DNA of 46,531 bases from a virus (lineage: Duplodnaviria > Caudoviricetes): IMG/VR virus record IMGVR_UViG_3300030095_002983, positions 1 through 46,531 of that record. One strand, written 5' to 3'. How positions within the stretch are numbered: position 1 is the stretch's first letter; each line of letters opens with the position of its first letter. The translations under genes were made by a program, and so were the position numbers. Shown piece after piece: positions 27,647 to 38,032 of the stretch. The notes beneath the pieces were generated by a model. That model was not told the origin of the DNA, ran no database searches, and was given only the letters and a program-made list of their open reading frames with translations.

Positions 27647-29341
27647 TTAAACTCTCCTTCCCCATTGCATTCGACCAGTTTTCCCCACTCGTTTGGGCTG
27701 GTTCTTTTGATAAATCTCATCATGATGCCTCAAAGCACCAGATACTCTAGAGCCAAGTAAGCCCTCGATACGCTTGTCTGATTGCCACATTTCAATTGTA
27801 TCTATATGTGCCTTTTCTCTTCTTTTTTGAATAACATTATCTACATTAACATGTAGTCTTTCTTCCCAATACATACAGGCAGCTGACAGCACATCTACAC
27901 GGTCATCGTGTGTAAGGCTACCACGGCGGTCTGTAAGCCGTGTGAGCTGCCTCTGGTTCTTTTCATCCCTAGCGGGCTTCTTATCGAACACAAGCCTGTG
28001 CTGGGCCATTGTAGGCTCCAGAGCGGCAAGCATTCTGCGTTCCTTCTGACCAGTCACCCGATACTCCTCAATGGCTACCTGCCCACATATCTCTGTAATG
28101 ACAGGTCTTAAGAGGGAATTAAACATAGCATCACCATAATTAGATTCAATTCTAACATGATTAACCTCATATTCATAGGCCAGTTTACTAATTTTTTGTA
28201 GGGTTGCTCTATCATAGCCTCCCTCTAAGCCCAATAATTCGTGAACAAAGATATACCCATTACTAAAACTAGCAACACATACACCAGTCTCATCTTTACC
28301 TCGACCAGAGGGGTCTACAAACATTACCCTGTCTTGATATTCTACAAACTGATTGGATATCCACATTGGATTATAGATACAATCACCCGACATACCAAAG
28401 GATGGGATCTTTCTATTAGCATCTGAAGTAGCCCAGACAATTTTTTCTGGTGCCATATCCGGGCTGACATCTAATACAATAAGATCTTGTAGCTTAAGAG
28501 GGTACTTGTCTTTATCAGCCAGACTGGTGTCTAGTTTGTAATGGAGACTGAAGAGCGTGGGTCCGACTTTTGCTTGACGCTCCATCAATGTCTCCATACT
28601 AAATCTTTCTGGCTGTGTAGGATCTCCAGCTTCAAAGCCTTGCTCAAAGATCCACGGGGAAACATCCTCACACTCAGATTCTACATTCTTGTTTGGCATA
28701 ATCGCAGGGAACTTAACCACTGGGTAGCCTGATTTTAATTGATTGTAGATACTATCCTTGATCTGAGGAGTGCCAAGAAAGATAACGCGCCCACCCACGT
28801 TTCTGATTTGCTCAGCTTCAAGACACTTGTTAAGCAGCTTGTGCCGAGTCACCGCTGTTTCGCAGTTACCTTCAATCTCTACGTCATCAAAGATAAGATA
28901 CTCTGCGTGCGACCCTGTGATCTGAGCAGTAATACCCTTGGCATAGCAGGACTTATCCTGCCCGATACGAGTTCTAGACTCTACATTAAAGCCAAAGGCG
29001 TTGTCGGTTGTATGATCTCCGGGTCTAAGATGTTCACAATAAGGAACAAGATCTAGAATTCTACGGGTCATACTAATAAACTCTACCGCTTTGTTGCCGG
29101 TAGCAGACACAACCATGATGGTTGAGTTGTGATCCCGTACAAGGAACCACGAGGCCAGACAGGCGGTGATAACAGATTTACCGAACCCCCGCCCAGCTTG
29201 GAGCTGCATGTCGTTAGGGCCGTTCTGAAGAGCATCTGCCATGGCGTACTGTACAGCTGTAGGTTCGCCCAAACCTAGATATTTAAAACACGCCCACAAA
29301 TGATTCCTAAAATCATCTTTCATTTCCTGTGGTATGTCCAT
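27647..29341 (-). CDS. terL: Terminase large subunit, T7 gp19-like
   Basis: Walker A QAGRGFGKS, ITGSHAEYLIFDDVE (Walker B), FLGTPQ, and nuclease motifs DPSGRGKDET and HDDRVD. Confidence 0.95.
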   Translation of the reverse strand: MDIPQEMKDDFRNHLWACFKYLGLGEPTAVQYAMADALQNGPNDMQLQAGRGFGKSVITACLASWFLVRDHNSTIMVVSATGNKAVEFISMTRRILDLVPYCEHLRPGDHTTDNAFGFNVESRTRIGQDKSCYAKGITAQITGSHAEYLIFDDVEIEGNCETAVTRHKLLNKCLEAEQIRNVGGRVIFLGTPQIKDSIYNQLKSGYPVVKFPAIMPNKNVESECEDVSPWIFEQGFEAGDPTQPERFSMETLMERQAKVGPTLFSLHYKLDTSLADKDKYPLKLQDLIVLDVSPDMAPEKIVWATSDANRKIPSFGMSGDCIYNPMWISNQFVEYQDRVMFVDPSGRGKDETGVCVASFSNGYIFVHELLGLEGGYDRATLQKISKLAYEYEVNHVRIESNYGDAMFNSLLRPVITEICGQVAIEEYRVTGQKERRMLAALEPTMAQHRLVFDKKPARDEKNQRQLTRLTDRRGSLTHDDRVDVLSAACMYWEERLHVNVDNVIQKRREKAHIDTIEMWQSDKRIEGLLGSRVSGALRHHDEIYQKNQPKRVGKTGRMQWGRRV

Positions 29342-29505
29342 CAGATTTCTCCTTCAATCGTCCTCAATCTATTTTCATGGTCCTCTACAATATGGTGCAA
29401 GTTGGTAAGGTTAGCATTTATTTTACCCAATTCTTTTTGGATCTGCCATAGAAAATTAATAATACCGCACCCAATAATTAATTCAATAAATACTAACTCG
29501 TTCAT
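29341..29505 (-). CDS. Small membrane plus coiled-coil protein (54 aa), possible lysis accessory
   Basis: Hand-translated MNELVFIELIIGCGIINFLWQIQKELGKINANL...EDHENRLRTIEGEI; fills the TerS-TerL gap where T7 has Rz. Confidence 0.6.
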   Translation of the reverse strand: MNELVFIELIIGCGIINFLWQIQKELGKINANLTNLHHIVEDHENRLRTIEGEI

Positions 29506-29718
29506 TTAAGACTCCGCAATCTTAAAGGGAGCTGCCGATGCCATTGCATTCTCAATCTCCTTGATGGTATTTTGAGGAAGGATGTTGATATCTTCCTTGT
29601 GGTCATTGATTACACCACGAACTACACCATACAATCCGGGTCCACGGATAGTAGGATCATTAAGATCTTCAATCAATGCATCAATCAACATTTCTTGTAG
29701 CTGTTGTAACTTACTCAT
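29506..29718 (-). CDS. terS: Terminase small subunit, T7 gp18-like
   Basis: LIEDLNDPTIRGPGLYGVVRGVINDHK resembles gp18; size and position before TerL. Confidence 0.7.
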   Translation of the reverse strand: MSKLQQLQEMLIDALIEDLNDPTIRGPGLYGVVRGVINDHKEDINILPQNTIKEIENAMASAAPFKIAES

Positions 29719-29992
29719 CAGATCCTCCTAGCTTGTCTAACAGGGCTTTGCGTCTTGCACAGCCCCCACACTTCTTAAGTTTACCTCCGGTCAGTCCATC
29801 AATTAAACCTTCGACCTTATCACCTAATGTAGGCTTTTGTTCTTCTACTTCTTCAGGAGAAAGCATGGGTAATACATCACCTACAAATTGATACTCAACA
29901 GAAAAGTTCTCATGAATAGTAACCTTTAGTTGATATACCTTATCATTGTCATCTCTATCAAGAAATGAAATCATTGAAACAGCTCTTGCCAT
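29711..29992 (-). CDS. Hypothetical protein with C-terminal CGGCxxR motif (93 aa)
   Basis: AAGGAG RBS; LGDKV...KKCGGCARRKALLD. Confidence 0.7.
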   Translation of the reverse strand: MARAVSMISFLDRDDNDKVYQLKVTIHENFSVEYQFVGDVLPMLSPEEVEEQKPTLGDKVEGLIDGLTGGKLKKCGGCARRKALLDKLGGSDE

Positions 29993-30002
29993 ACTTATCT
30001 CC

Positions 30003-32669
30003 TTAAATTGTGTGAGGGTTAGAGTCTTCAGTTAAACTACCGGATCGTTCGTATTCCGTAATTAATGCATAATTATCATCACTAAACACAGTACGCATAC
30101 ACCCCGTACACCCCCTCGCAAATGGATCTTGTGCTTCAATATAAACACTAGACCACTCAGAATCAATACCAATTAAATCACCTAAAGCTATATTAGTTGC
30201 TGGTTCTCCAGCACTGTTAACATATTCATGTGCATCGCCTGATAAAGCTCCATCTAAATAATGTTCTCCATTCCCCCTATAAAGAAAATCGCTGTTATCA
30301 AAATCAACATCAGTTGTTGATCCATTAAATTTAGTGTACTTATTATTAGCTATAAAGTGAGCCATAAAATGTGGTGTTACTAACGAATGAATTTCTCTGC
30401 AATTAGCAATATTCTCACTTGCGTCACAATTACCCGTACCATCACAGGATAATCGTTGAGTTGCTTCATCATTGGGATCACAGTTTAATGCAGCTTCAAT
30501 TTCTCTAATTGTATTTAAGTTATTAATGAACTTTTGATCTCCCTCTTGATAAAGATAAGTACCACCAGTTCCAATAGCATAAGTTGTCATGTAGAAAGGC
30601 AAGCCTGTAAGAGAAGTGCCTGTAGTGGCAGCATCTCCAAAGGTAATTTTAGATTGATGTGACTTGCCCGGATAGCATTTGCCAGATCCCCCCGGTTCAC
30701 TTACTACATCTGTTCTACCTCGATCTTCTGATGTTAATTGCTCTGAAGGTTTAAATCCATTAACATTAAATCCGCCTGCAATTTCTAACTGCGGAGCCAA
30801 GGGCACCACAAGATCAATAATATTATTCATTCTAGGTAAATCTTCTTCAATCGCTTGTTTAATAGGATTAGAAAAAGAATAAGTAGGATCAGAAATATTA
30901 TTACAATAAAACTGGGCATATCTAAGCATGGGAATTAATTCTCCATCCGTAGTTCTCATACCGATTCTGCCTTTATAAACCTTTTCTTTAGGAGAGTATC
31001 CAATGCTTGGAGTACCACCCGCTAAAAATTCACCATCAACAGTAGGCTTATTAGCAGAATCTACAGTTATTATCTGTCCGGTTGGGTAATTACATTGTTC
31101 ATTGAAATCTCCACAGTTTTGTAATTGTGTATCTTTCCAAGCAGGAATAACAGCTACAGTGCTTAAAGAAGAGCTATTACTTTGAGTAGGAAACATTACC
31201 GCTTCTGGTACATCCCCGGTAAAAGATGAAGTATTATATGTTGTAGTCACAGTTACAGAGTTTAAAATATAATCAAAATCAACGGCATTCGAGCCAGATC
31301 CTAATGTGTTTACATGAATCATATTACCACATGATTTAGTATCTGTAGCGTTGTCTCTAGACATCCTTAAATTTTTTGTATACTCAGCAGATACTTTTAC
31401 TGTGGCTATATCAGCATCAGGATCAGCGCGATGAGCTTCAAAAATATTATTAGTAAAGGGTAGTTTGTCAAAAGAAGTTTGTGTATTATACCCAAAATCA
31501 AAAGACTTACCAGTTAACGGTGTTCCTGCATTGTCACTAGGATCATTACAATTTGTACGAGTAAGGCTTGGTGCAGTAGTAGATATAAACGGTTCTCTGC
31601 TTCTAATCTTTTCTTTTACACCATTCTCAACTCGAGCATCACTCATATTAGGATCATAAGTCCTTTCAATATTAACTCGACAGGGCCAAAGACTTGGCGT
31701 AGTATTAATTAAATTAATGTAAGTATCACCTGCTGTGGCAAATGGAATAATGGTATCCATTGTTTTATCCACATGAGCTTGGCCTTCTGTTTGCAAATAA
31801 GCTTGTAAACAATCGGTACAGGTAGCAGGCAAAACAGTTACCGTGCTGCCAGCTGCAAAGAATGCAGAAATACTTTTCATATAAGTAGGACTATTAGATG
31901 CTCCGGGTCGCGTTTGCCGCTTAATGTCAATAACCTTAAAAATTTCATTAGTCACTGAGCTAGCATTCGTACTAGATTCTTCTGAATTATTACCAACCGT
32001 ATCTTTGTAAACAGAGGCGGCAGATCCTCCAGAGTCTACTAAGTTAGCAGTAACCTTAATAAACTTACCTACTGCAATAGGAGATGCATTACCAACAGGA
32101 GTACCATCGTAGTTGTTGGCATGCGTAGTACTGCCATCAATAGTAGTTGTAGATCTAATATCAAATGCAAAAAACTGTTGTTGAGGTTGAACACACACAT
32201 TGCCGCTTAAACCACCTTTGGTTACAGCACTTCCATATCTTTTTCTAAAGTTAAGCAATTTAGTAGCATCATTTACAAGATAGTTAGCCTCAGATCCACC
32301 CTTTAGAATAACATCCCAATCAGATTTGCGACAGGCTGCTACAATAACATAGATTGCACTATCTTGAGTAGCACTCTCAAGTAAAATTTTATCAGCTGAA
32401 TCTTTAATATCATCTGCTGCAGTAAGTCCTGTGATTGTAGTAAATCCTGCAGGAACTCCAGTAAACGATCTAGTTCTATCTACTTCCCAACAGATATCAT
32501 CGCCTTCATCGTCTGTACCAAAGCGTACAAACTTTCTATCGGCATCAGAAATACCATTGAATGTATCTTCAGAAATGTAAGCTTCAGCAATTCTAAAACA
32601 AGAGTTATCTACTCTGGTTGCTTTAAAAAATTTAGGACAACACTGACTGGCAATAAGTTCATCACTCAT
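30003..32669 (-). CDS. Cys-containing, Thr/Ser/Asn-rich tail or receptor-binding protein (888 aa)
   Basis: Follows the fibre gene; beta-rich composition; many Cys. Confidence 0.5.
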   Translation of the reverse strand: MSDELIASQCCPKFFKATRVDNSCFRIAEAYISEDTFNGISDADRKFVRFGTDDEGDDICWEVDRTRSFTGVPAGFTTITGLTAADDIKDSADKILLESATQDSAIYVIVAACRKSDWDVILKGGSEANYLVNDATKLLNFRKRYGSAVTKGGLSGNVCVQPQQQFFAFDIRSTTTIDGSTTHANNYDGTPVGNASPIAVGKFIKVTANLVDSGGSAASVYKDTVGNNSEESSTNASSVTNEIFKVIDIKRQTRPGASNSPTYMKSISAFFAAGSTVTVLPATCTDCLQAYLQTEGQAHVDKTMDTIIPFATAGDTYINLINTTPSLWPCRVNIERTYDPNMSDARVENGVKEKIRSREPFISTTAPSLTRTNCNDPSDNAGTPLTGKSFDFGYNTQTSFDKLPFTNNIFEAHRADPDADIATVKVSAEYTKNLRMSRDNATDTKSCGNMIHVNTLGSGSNAVDFDYILNSVTVTTTYNTSSFTGDVPEAVMFPTQSNSSSLSTVAVIPAWKDTQLQNCGDFNEQCNYPTGQIITVDSANKPTVDGEFLAGGTPSIGYSPKEKVYKGRIGMRTTDGELIPMLRYAQFYCNNISDPTYSFSNPIKQAIEEDLPRMNNIIDLVVPLAPQLEIAGGFNVNGFKPSEQLTSEDRGRTDVVSEPGGSGKCYPGKSHQSKITFGDAATTGTSLTGLPFYMTTYAIGTGGTYLYQEGDQKFINNLNTIREIEAALNCDPNDEATQRLSCDGTGNCDASENIANCREIHSLVTPHFMAHFIANNKYTKFNGSTTDVDFDNSDFLYRGNGEHYLDGALSGDAHEYVNSAGEPATNIALGDLIGIDSEWSSVYIEAQDPFARGCTGCMRTVFSDDNYALITEYERSGSLTEDSNPHTI

Positions 32670-32679
32670 GATTTACTCC

Positions 32680-33810
32680 TTAACAAGGTCCAGCAATTGC
32701 ATTAGGAACATTAAAGTAGTAGAATACATTATACCCATCAGAGTTTGCTGTACCTACAGTTTGACCCGAGCCAGTACCAACATTAAGTTTCCTACGCTCA
32801 GTCATTTCAACAACATAGTTTACCGCAGTATTTCTAAACTTATCAGCTTGGCCTGTATCTAAAGTTGTTGTAGCCTCACTACTGCTATCATAAGTTCCAG
32901 TTCCGCCAATAGGAATAACCTTATAGTTACTTGGGAATGCGTTAATAACCCCAGAACCACTAGTTGTTGATTGCTCTACAATTTCATTTGTACCATTACC
33001 AATACCGGGGCCAATAAACTTTTTACTATTTTGAATTTCTGCGATATTAATAGCAGCAAACTCATGCGTATTATCGTTACCCGGATCAGACTTTCTACCT
33101 AAGTCTCCCGATCCACCTGTAACAATATTATACTTTTGACCTCTAGTTGAAGTAGTGGTGCTAGTAATTGTAATACCAGTTGGAAGATTAATTACAGGCA
33201 CTAACAAATCCGACTTAACGTCAGCAGTAAATCTAACAACAGTCCCATCACCAGTTGTTTCAGCACTGTATAAAGAACTACTTTCGCCAGTTACAGCAGT
33301 AACTATATTATTAGCTACAGTTGTAGTGGATTGACCACTTGTAACGGGCAAGGGAATAGATACTGTTGTACCATAAATATCGCTTGGCACGATAATTGTT
33401 TTATCAGTATTATCACCAGTAGTTCCGTTAAGATCAATATCAACTACCTTGGCTACATCAGTATCACCACCAGAAATAGAACACTCTTGCCATTCATATT
33501 CCCAACGGCTAGGAAGAATGTCAGGATTAGCAGTATTACCATCATCATCAATCGGTCTAAATCCCTTAATGATAGCTAAGAATCTTTGCTCATCAACAAC
33601 AGATTTTACAGTATTAGTAATCTCAGCCTCAGACGGAATTCTATCACCTGTAGCACCATCACCATGATGTACATAGATAGCTCCATATGCCTGCGTAGCC
33701 CCACTACCACGGGTAGTTGGAAGTTCTACTGTAACTTCTCCTGCTGCCCCGCTAGTAAATGTAGTATGGTCACTAGGGGAACCTCTTCTTTTTTGTACTC
33801 TTGATGCCAT
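32680..33810 (-). CDS. Tail fibre protein with Mtd_N-like N-terminus (376 aa)
   Basis: VQKRRGSPSDHTTFTSGAAGEVTVE resembles the QxRRG...GE fibre attachment motif; Thr/Gly-rich. Confidence 0.65.
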   Translation of the reverse strand: MASRVQKRRGSPSDHTTFTSGAAGEVTVELPTTRGSGATQAYGAIYVHHGDGATGDRIPSEAEITNTVKSVVDEQRFLAIIKGFRPIDDDGNTANPDILPSRWEYEWQECSISGGDTDVAKVVDIDLNGTTGDNTDKTIIVPSDIYGTTVSIPLPVTSGQSTTTVANNIVTAVTGESSSLYSAETTGDGTVVRFTADVKSDLLVPVINLPTGITITSTTTSTRGQKYNIVTGGSGDLGRKSDPGNDNTHEFAAINIAEIQNSKKFIGPGIGNGTNEIVEQSTTSGSGVINAFPSNYKVIPIGGTGTYDSSSEATTTLDTGQADKFRNTAVNYVVEMTERRKLNVGTGSGQTVGTANSDGYNVFYYFNVPNAIAGPC

Positions 33811-33820
33811 AGGTTACTCC

Positions 33821-36800
33821 TTAATTCTGTCCTGATCTATAAGTTTGTTTGAATACGCCTTTAAATTCAATATGAGTAATATTACAAGGCGTGTAATGGT
33901 CACTCTCAATAAACACTTTCATGTGTTCCGAATTGCCAAATATTTTTGACATAAACTCACCTTCACTAGAGATAGCAACAGGAGAATCTAATACGGATTG
34001 GTTGTACAAATCTTCTTTGTACGATGGATTTCGTTTAGTTGTGACACTAACCGTATCCTCATTGCCTCTACGTTCAACGCGGATGTTGTACTTCCCAGTA
34101 TCTAAATATCGTGTAGTAAGAGTTCTAAGATTTAATGCACCATCAACAATACTTTGATCTTTCTCTCGAACAAACTGGGGAGACAATTCAATCTGCATTG
34201 TATACGGTGCGCCCACATAGACACCCTTGGTTCCACCACTAGCGGATGCAAATAAAAACCCCTGATCATCAGTGGGTCCTACTACTTGCGCAATAGAACC
34301 TTGAGCTTCGAGTTCAGTAGGTGTAGTTTTAATAAATCCTTGATCTTCGGTAACAGCAAGAATATCATCTAGCTTTCCTTGAACTCTCAATCTAGTTTTT
34401 TTACCGGCTTCTGTGGTATTCACACAAGAAATTGATCTCCCAGTATACTCGCCGTACCCCGCACCAAATACAATAGTATTAGCATTGGCATCTTGATATG
34501 GAAGAATAAAAGTAGTAGTATCAAATGTAGGTGAAGTTACATCGCTATCATACTCAATATTAAATACTGTATCACTATCTGCAGGAATCTTTTGATCTGG
34601 CTCAAGAAAATGTAATCTATCTAATCTAGGGATATCAGTATCAACAGTCTCTAAAAACGTACGTTCTACAAAATAATAATCCTTAATTGAACTATTTTTC
34701 TTATTGAACGGTCTACTGGTAACTGCATAAAAGTAATTATCGAATACTTCTGTGCTTAATATAGACATATCAGTATCAAAAACATACTTAGATAAAGAGT
34801 TTTGTGATATTCGATCACCAGCAAATCTTTGAGTATACATGTAGAGTTCGTTTTTATTATCTGCATCTACCATCAACAGGCTATCTTGAGCCGGAGCTCT
34901 AGCAATTGCACCAAAGTTAGTAGGAAGATATCCTTCCGCATGCGTAGTTGTTTCTACTGCTTGAGTTACATTGCTTTGATTAGCAGTAGAGTAATACAAG
35001 TAAATTTTTTCTGGTGCAAAGAAGTAAATCTGGGATCCTAATAGCTGAGGTTGTGAGATAGGATCAGAAGAATAGAATGTAGTAGGAGATAACTCTGCAG
35101 TAAAGGGAGTAATCTGGTTTTCAGAACCCTGTAATTCAAACTGAATATCATTATCAGTATTTACAAACAGAAAATCATAAAAGGGAATCATAGAATTAAT
35201 CTTAGACACCTTATCTAAAGACGATCTTACATCAATCATATCAACGTCAGTTATTGTACCCGGATCGGTAAGGAATACATTAAAGAAATTGTTAAATTCT
35301 GATGAAAAAATAGTATCCCCGATAGCAAACCACAGTCTGTTACGCCATGTAGTGATAGAAGTAATCTGTTGCCCTACTCTTTCATTAGCATTAGCTGCTA
35401 TAAATGGGCTAGGACCGGGGTTATTAGCTAAACCACCAGATTTTCTTGGTTGCCATGATGGTGTAATCATTTTCCATATACCAGTTGACACATTAAAATC
35501 AAGAATAAGAGGCCATGTACGCTCATCCAGTACAGAGTATCTATCTTCAGCTCGAACAATTTCGTAATAAGGATTACCTTCGTCGGGTTCATTAACCGCC
35601 CTGTAAAATCCCGGAGTAAAATCAAAAAATCTTTCACGACATTCGTATACTTTGCCCCTACCCTTTTGAGATTTGGTCGCAGAGGTAGTTAAAGTGCCAC
35701 CTTCATACAAGGAATACAAAGTGTCGCTGGCACTATTAGATTTGATTGTATCGTTTTCTTCTGTAGGTACAGGAATATTTTGAAATGATACAATGGATTG
35801 GCCTAAATCGGTTTGTTGAGATATATTAAAGTTTTTATCTTCTACCACCAACTTGCGATTACGCAAAGTATTCTTTAAACCCAACAGTTCAGCAAATCTA
35901 CCTTGTTTTAAAGTCTCACCATCCCCTTCAAATGGAGCCGTTGCTACTACATCAATAACTAAAGCAGTTGATTTACCTTCATCACTTGGATTTCCGTTAG
36001 AATCTACCTCAATTTTCATAATCTTAACGCCAACAGAGTTATCACCAGCATTACCAGCCTTAACACGTTTGTTGTTATCAGAATAATATAAACCATACTG
36101 CTCATTTGATGCAGTAAATATTTTATCATCTAAATCTTTAAGCATACTGTCAGCTTCAATACCAGATGTTTCAATATTAGCCACAATTTGATTGCCTTGA
36201 ATTGTATTATTAGTTACATTAACAACCTGTTGTCGAACAATAGCAAAATTGTTAATTCTGTCCACTGTAATTAAAGCATTACCCTCTTCGTCCGTCAATT
36301 CACTAAGTTTAGTACTCTCATTAATTGTACGAAGTGATTTAGAATTAGAATTACCAAGCCCCAAAGCTTCTACAAAGTTTTGATTGCCCACATGACCCGT
36401 ATTAAAGTTTTCATGAGTAGCTAGAAGCGTCAGTTTTTCTTGACTATCATCCACAATGTTTAATTGATTGGTAGCAGAGTCAATTAATAACGTAGCATCT
36501 GCACCCGACTCTTCAATAATAGTTTTTAAATCACCAATAGTTTTAGTATCGTCTGTAACACAGGTAATATTTGAACCAATGCCAGTAACTTCAGCACCTG
36601 ATACAGTAATTCCTGTTGCACTAAAAAATGTAATTGGTCGCAGCTTTTGGGTAACCTTTAAATCACTAAGAGAAACATTTCCTGCAGACAGTCCTAATCC
36701 TGTAGAGTTAGGTTCTAAATTAGTATCAAACTCGTTTAAATCTACGCTATATTGTACAGAACCTCGGCTAATAAAAAACCTATCTGCAAAATAAGTATCC

Positions 36801-38032
36801 CCAGAAACAGCTACACTAGGATCTTTAGCATTACCAACAATAGTTGAGCTAGCCTTGTTATTAATAAGGTGCATATTAGGACCAGCTACTTCGGTTTCAC
36901 TACTTGCACTGGGTACATCACCTAAGAATAATTTTTCCAAGGGCTTAGTGGTAAGATCTGCCAGCTTAGTAGTTTCCAATACAGGCACAAGATTCTTACC
37001 AACCCCATCTCCTACGGAGGCTGACCGATAGTTTAACTTGCGTCCTTTAAAATCTTGAGTGTATAAGTTTAAAGCAAACCTGTACGTTTGAGTTGTATTA
37101 ATAGGATAGCTGCCTGTAATAAGATCGGTATCATCAAGTTTAAATTCAAACCGATCATTGCCTGCTTTAAATTTATTTACAGAAAAACTACAAACATCTG
37201 AATCATCAGAAGCATCTGTTACAGTTAGCTCTAACAAATAGGGATTGACACCAAATTTCATAGCTGAATTAAAACCAAATAGGGTAGTGTCTACAGCTAT
37301 CCCTTGACTATCCGTAAGAATAAACTTATCAAACTGATTCTCTTCTAATTTTACTTTAAGTCTGTGTGTATTTGTATCCGTAGCAGAAAGAGCTAAAGAT
37401 GTAAACTTATTATTGTTAATATCTCTGGCAATATCATCTCGGTATCTAGCAGATACTTGTTTATTTAAAAGAATAATAGCACTACCAAACAACGCAAAGT
37501 CAAAAGTATCCATCGCACTTTTTAAATTTGGATTTTCCGTGATATAGTTAAAATGATTTAAGGTAACTGAATCATAATCAAAAGATTGCAGATCCATTCT
37601 CTTATTTGTTTTGTTTAATTTCCAAACTGTAATAAATTTTCTCTTCTCATCTTTAGTTAAAATAGAAGAGTTATCTAAACTTAAGGTGTAGTTAATACCA
37701 ATTAGAAATCTATTGTCTGAATCAATTGAAATCCATTTAAAAAGAATATCATCTTCAGCAGTAGGCTGATATCTAGTTGTCCCATCACTTAGTAAGTTAA
37801 AAAGAAGAGAGCCCGGAGCTGGTAGATCATCCGTGCCCGTAGACTCTTCTCCATAGAACAAATCACTACCCGCAATAAACTCTAACGCTGGTCGTTTTTC
37901 TACAGATTTTTCTAAAGTAACAAGACAGTTATTTAAATTTTCTGCTTCAGAAGGCAAGCGTTTATTGCTAGCCTGCCGCCCCACGCCGCCAGATAAAGTT
38001 GGAATAGCAATTCTTTTATGCGTTACGGTCAT
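33821..38032 (-). CDS. Tail tubular protein B (nozzle, T7 gp12-like) with a large internal insertion (1403 aa)
   Basis: IPTLSGGVGRQ...KRP N-terminus, WRNRLWF, FFNVF, C-terminal ITHIEFKGVF; follows tube A. Confidence 0.9.
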   Translation of the reverse strand: MTVTHKRIAIPTLSGGVGRQASNKRLPSEAENLNNCLVTLEKSVEKRPALEFIAGSDLFYGEESTGTDDLPAPGSLLFNLLSDGTTRYQPTAEDDILFKWISIDSDNRFLIGINYTLSLDNSSILTKDEKRKFITVWKLNKTNKRMDLQSFDYDSVTLNHFNYITENPNLKSAMDTFDFALFGSAIILLNKQVSARYRDDIARDINNNKFTSLALSATDTNTHRLKVKLEENQFDKFILTDSQGIAVDTTLFGFNSAMKFGVNPYLLELTVTDASDDSDVCSFSVNKFKAGNDRFEFKLDDTDLITGSYPINTTQTYRFALNLYTQDFKGRKLNYRSASVGDGVGKNLVPVLETTKLADLTTKPLEKLFLGDVPSASSETEVAGPNMHLINNKASSTIVGNAKDPSVAVSGDTYFADRFFISRGSVQYSVDLNEFDTNLEPNSTGLGLSAGNVSLSDLKVTQKLRPITFFSATGITVSGAEVTGIGSNITCVTDDTKTIGDLKTIIEESGADATLLIDSATNQLNIVDDSQEKLTLLATHENFNTGHVGNQNFVEALGLGNSNSKSLRTINESTKLSELTDEEGNALITVDRINNFAIVRQQVVNVTNNTIQGNQIVANIETSGIEADSMLKDLDDKIFTASNEQYGLYYSDNNKRVKAGNAGDNSVGVKIMKIEVDSNGNPSDEGKSTALVIDVVATAPFEGDGETLKQGRFAELLGLKNTLRNRKLVVEDKNFNISQQTDLGQSIVSFQNIPVPTEENDTIKSNSASDTLYSLYEGGTLTTSATKSQKGRGKVYECRERFFDFTPGFYRAVNEPDEGNPYYEIVRAEDRYSVLDERTWPLILDFNVSTGIWKMITPSWQPRKSGGLANNPGPSPFIAANANERVGQQITSITTWRNRLWFAIGDTIFSSEFNNFFNVFLTDPGTITDVDMIDVRSSLDKVSKINSMIPFYDFLFVNTDNDIQFELQGSENQITPFTAELSPTTFYSSDPISQPQLLGSQIYFFAPEKIYLYYSTANQSNVTQAVETTTHAEGYLPTNFGAIARAPAQDSLLMVDADNKNELYMYTQRFAGDRISQNSLSKYVFDTDMSILSTEVFDNYFYAVTSRPFNKKNSSIKDYYFVERTFLETVDTDIPRLDRLHFLEPDQKIPADSDTVFNIEYDSDVTSPTFDTTTFILPYQDANANTIVFGAGYGEYTGRSISCVNTTEAGKKTRLRVQGKLDDILAVTEDQGFIKTTPTELEAQGSIAQVVGPTDDQGFLFASASGGTKGVYVGAPYTMQIELSPQFVREKDQSIVDGALNLRTLTTRYLDTGKYNIRVERRGNEDTVSVTTKRNPSYKEDLYNQSVLDSPVAISSEGEFMSKIFGNSEHMKVFIESDHYTPCNITHIEFKGVFKQTYRSGQN

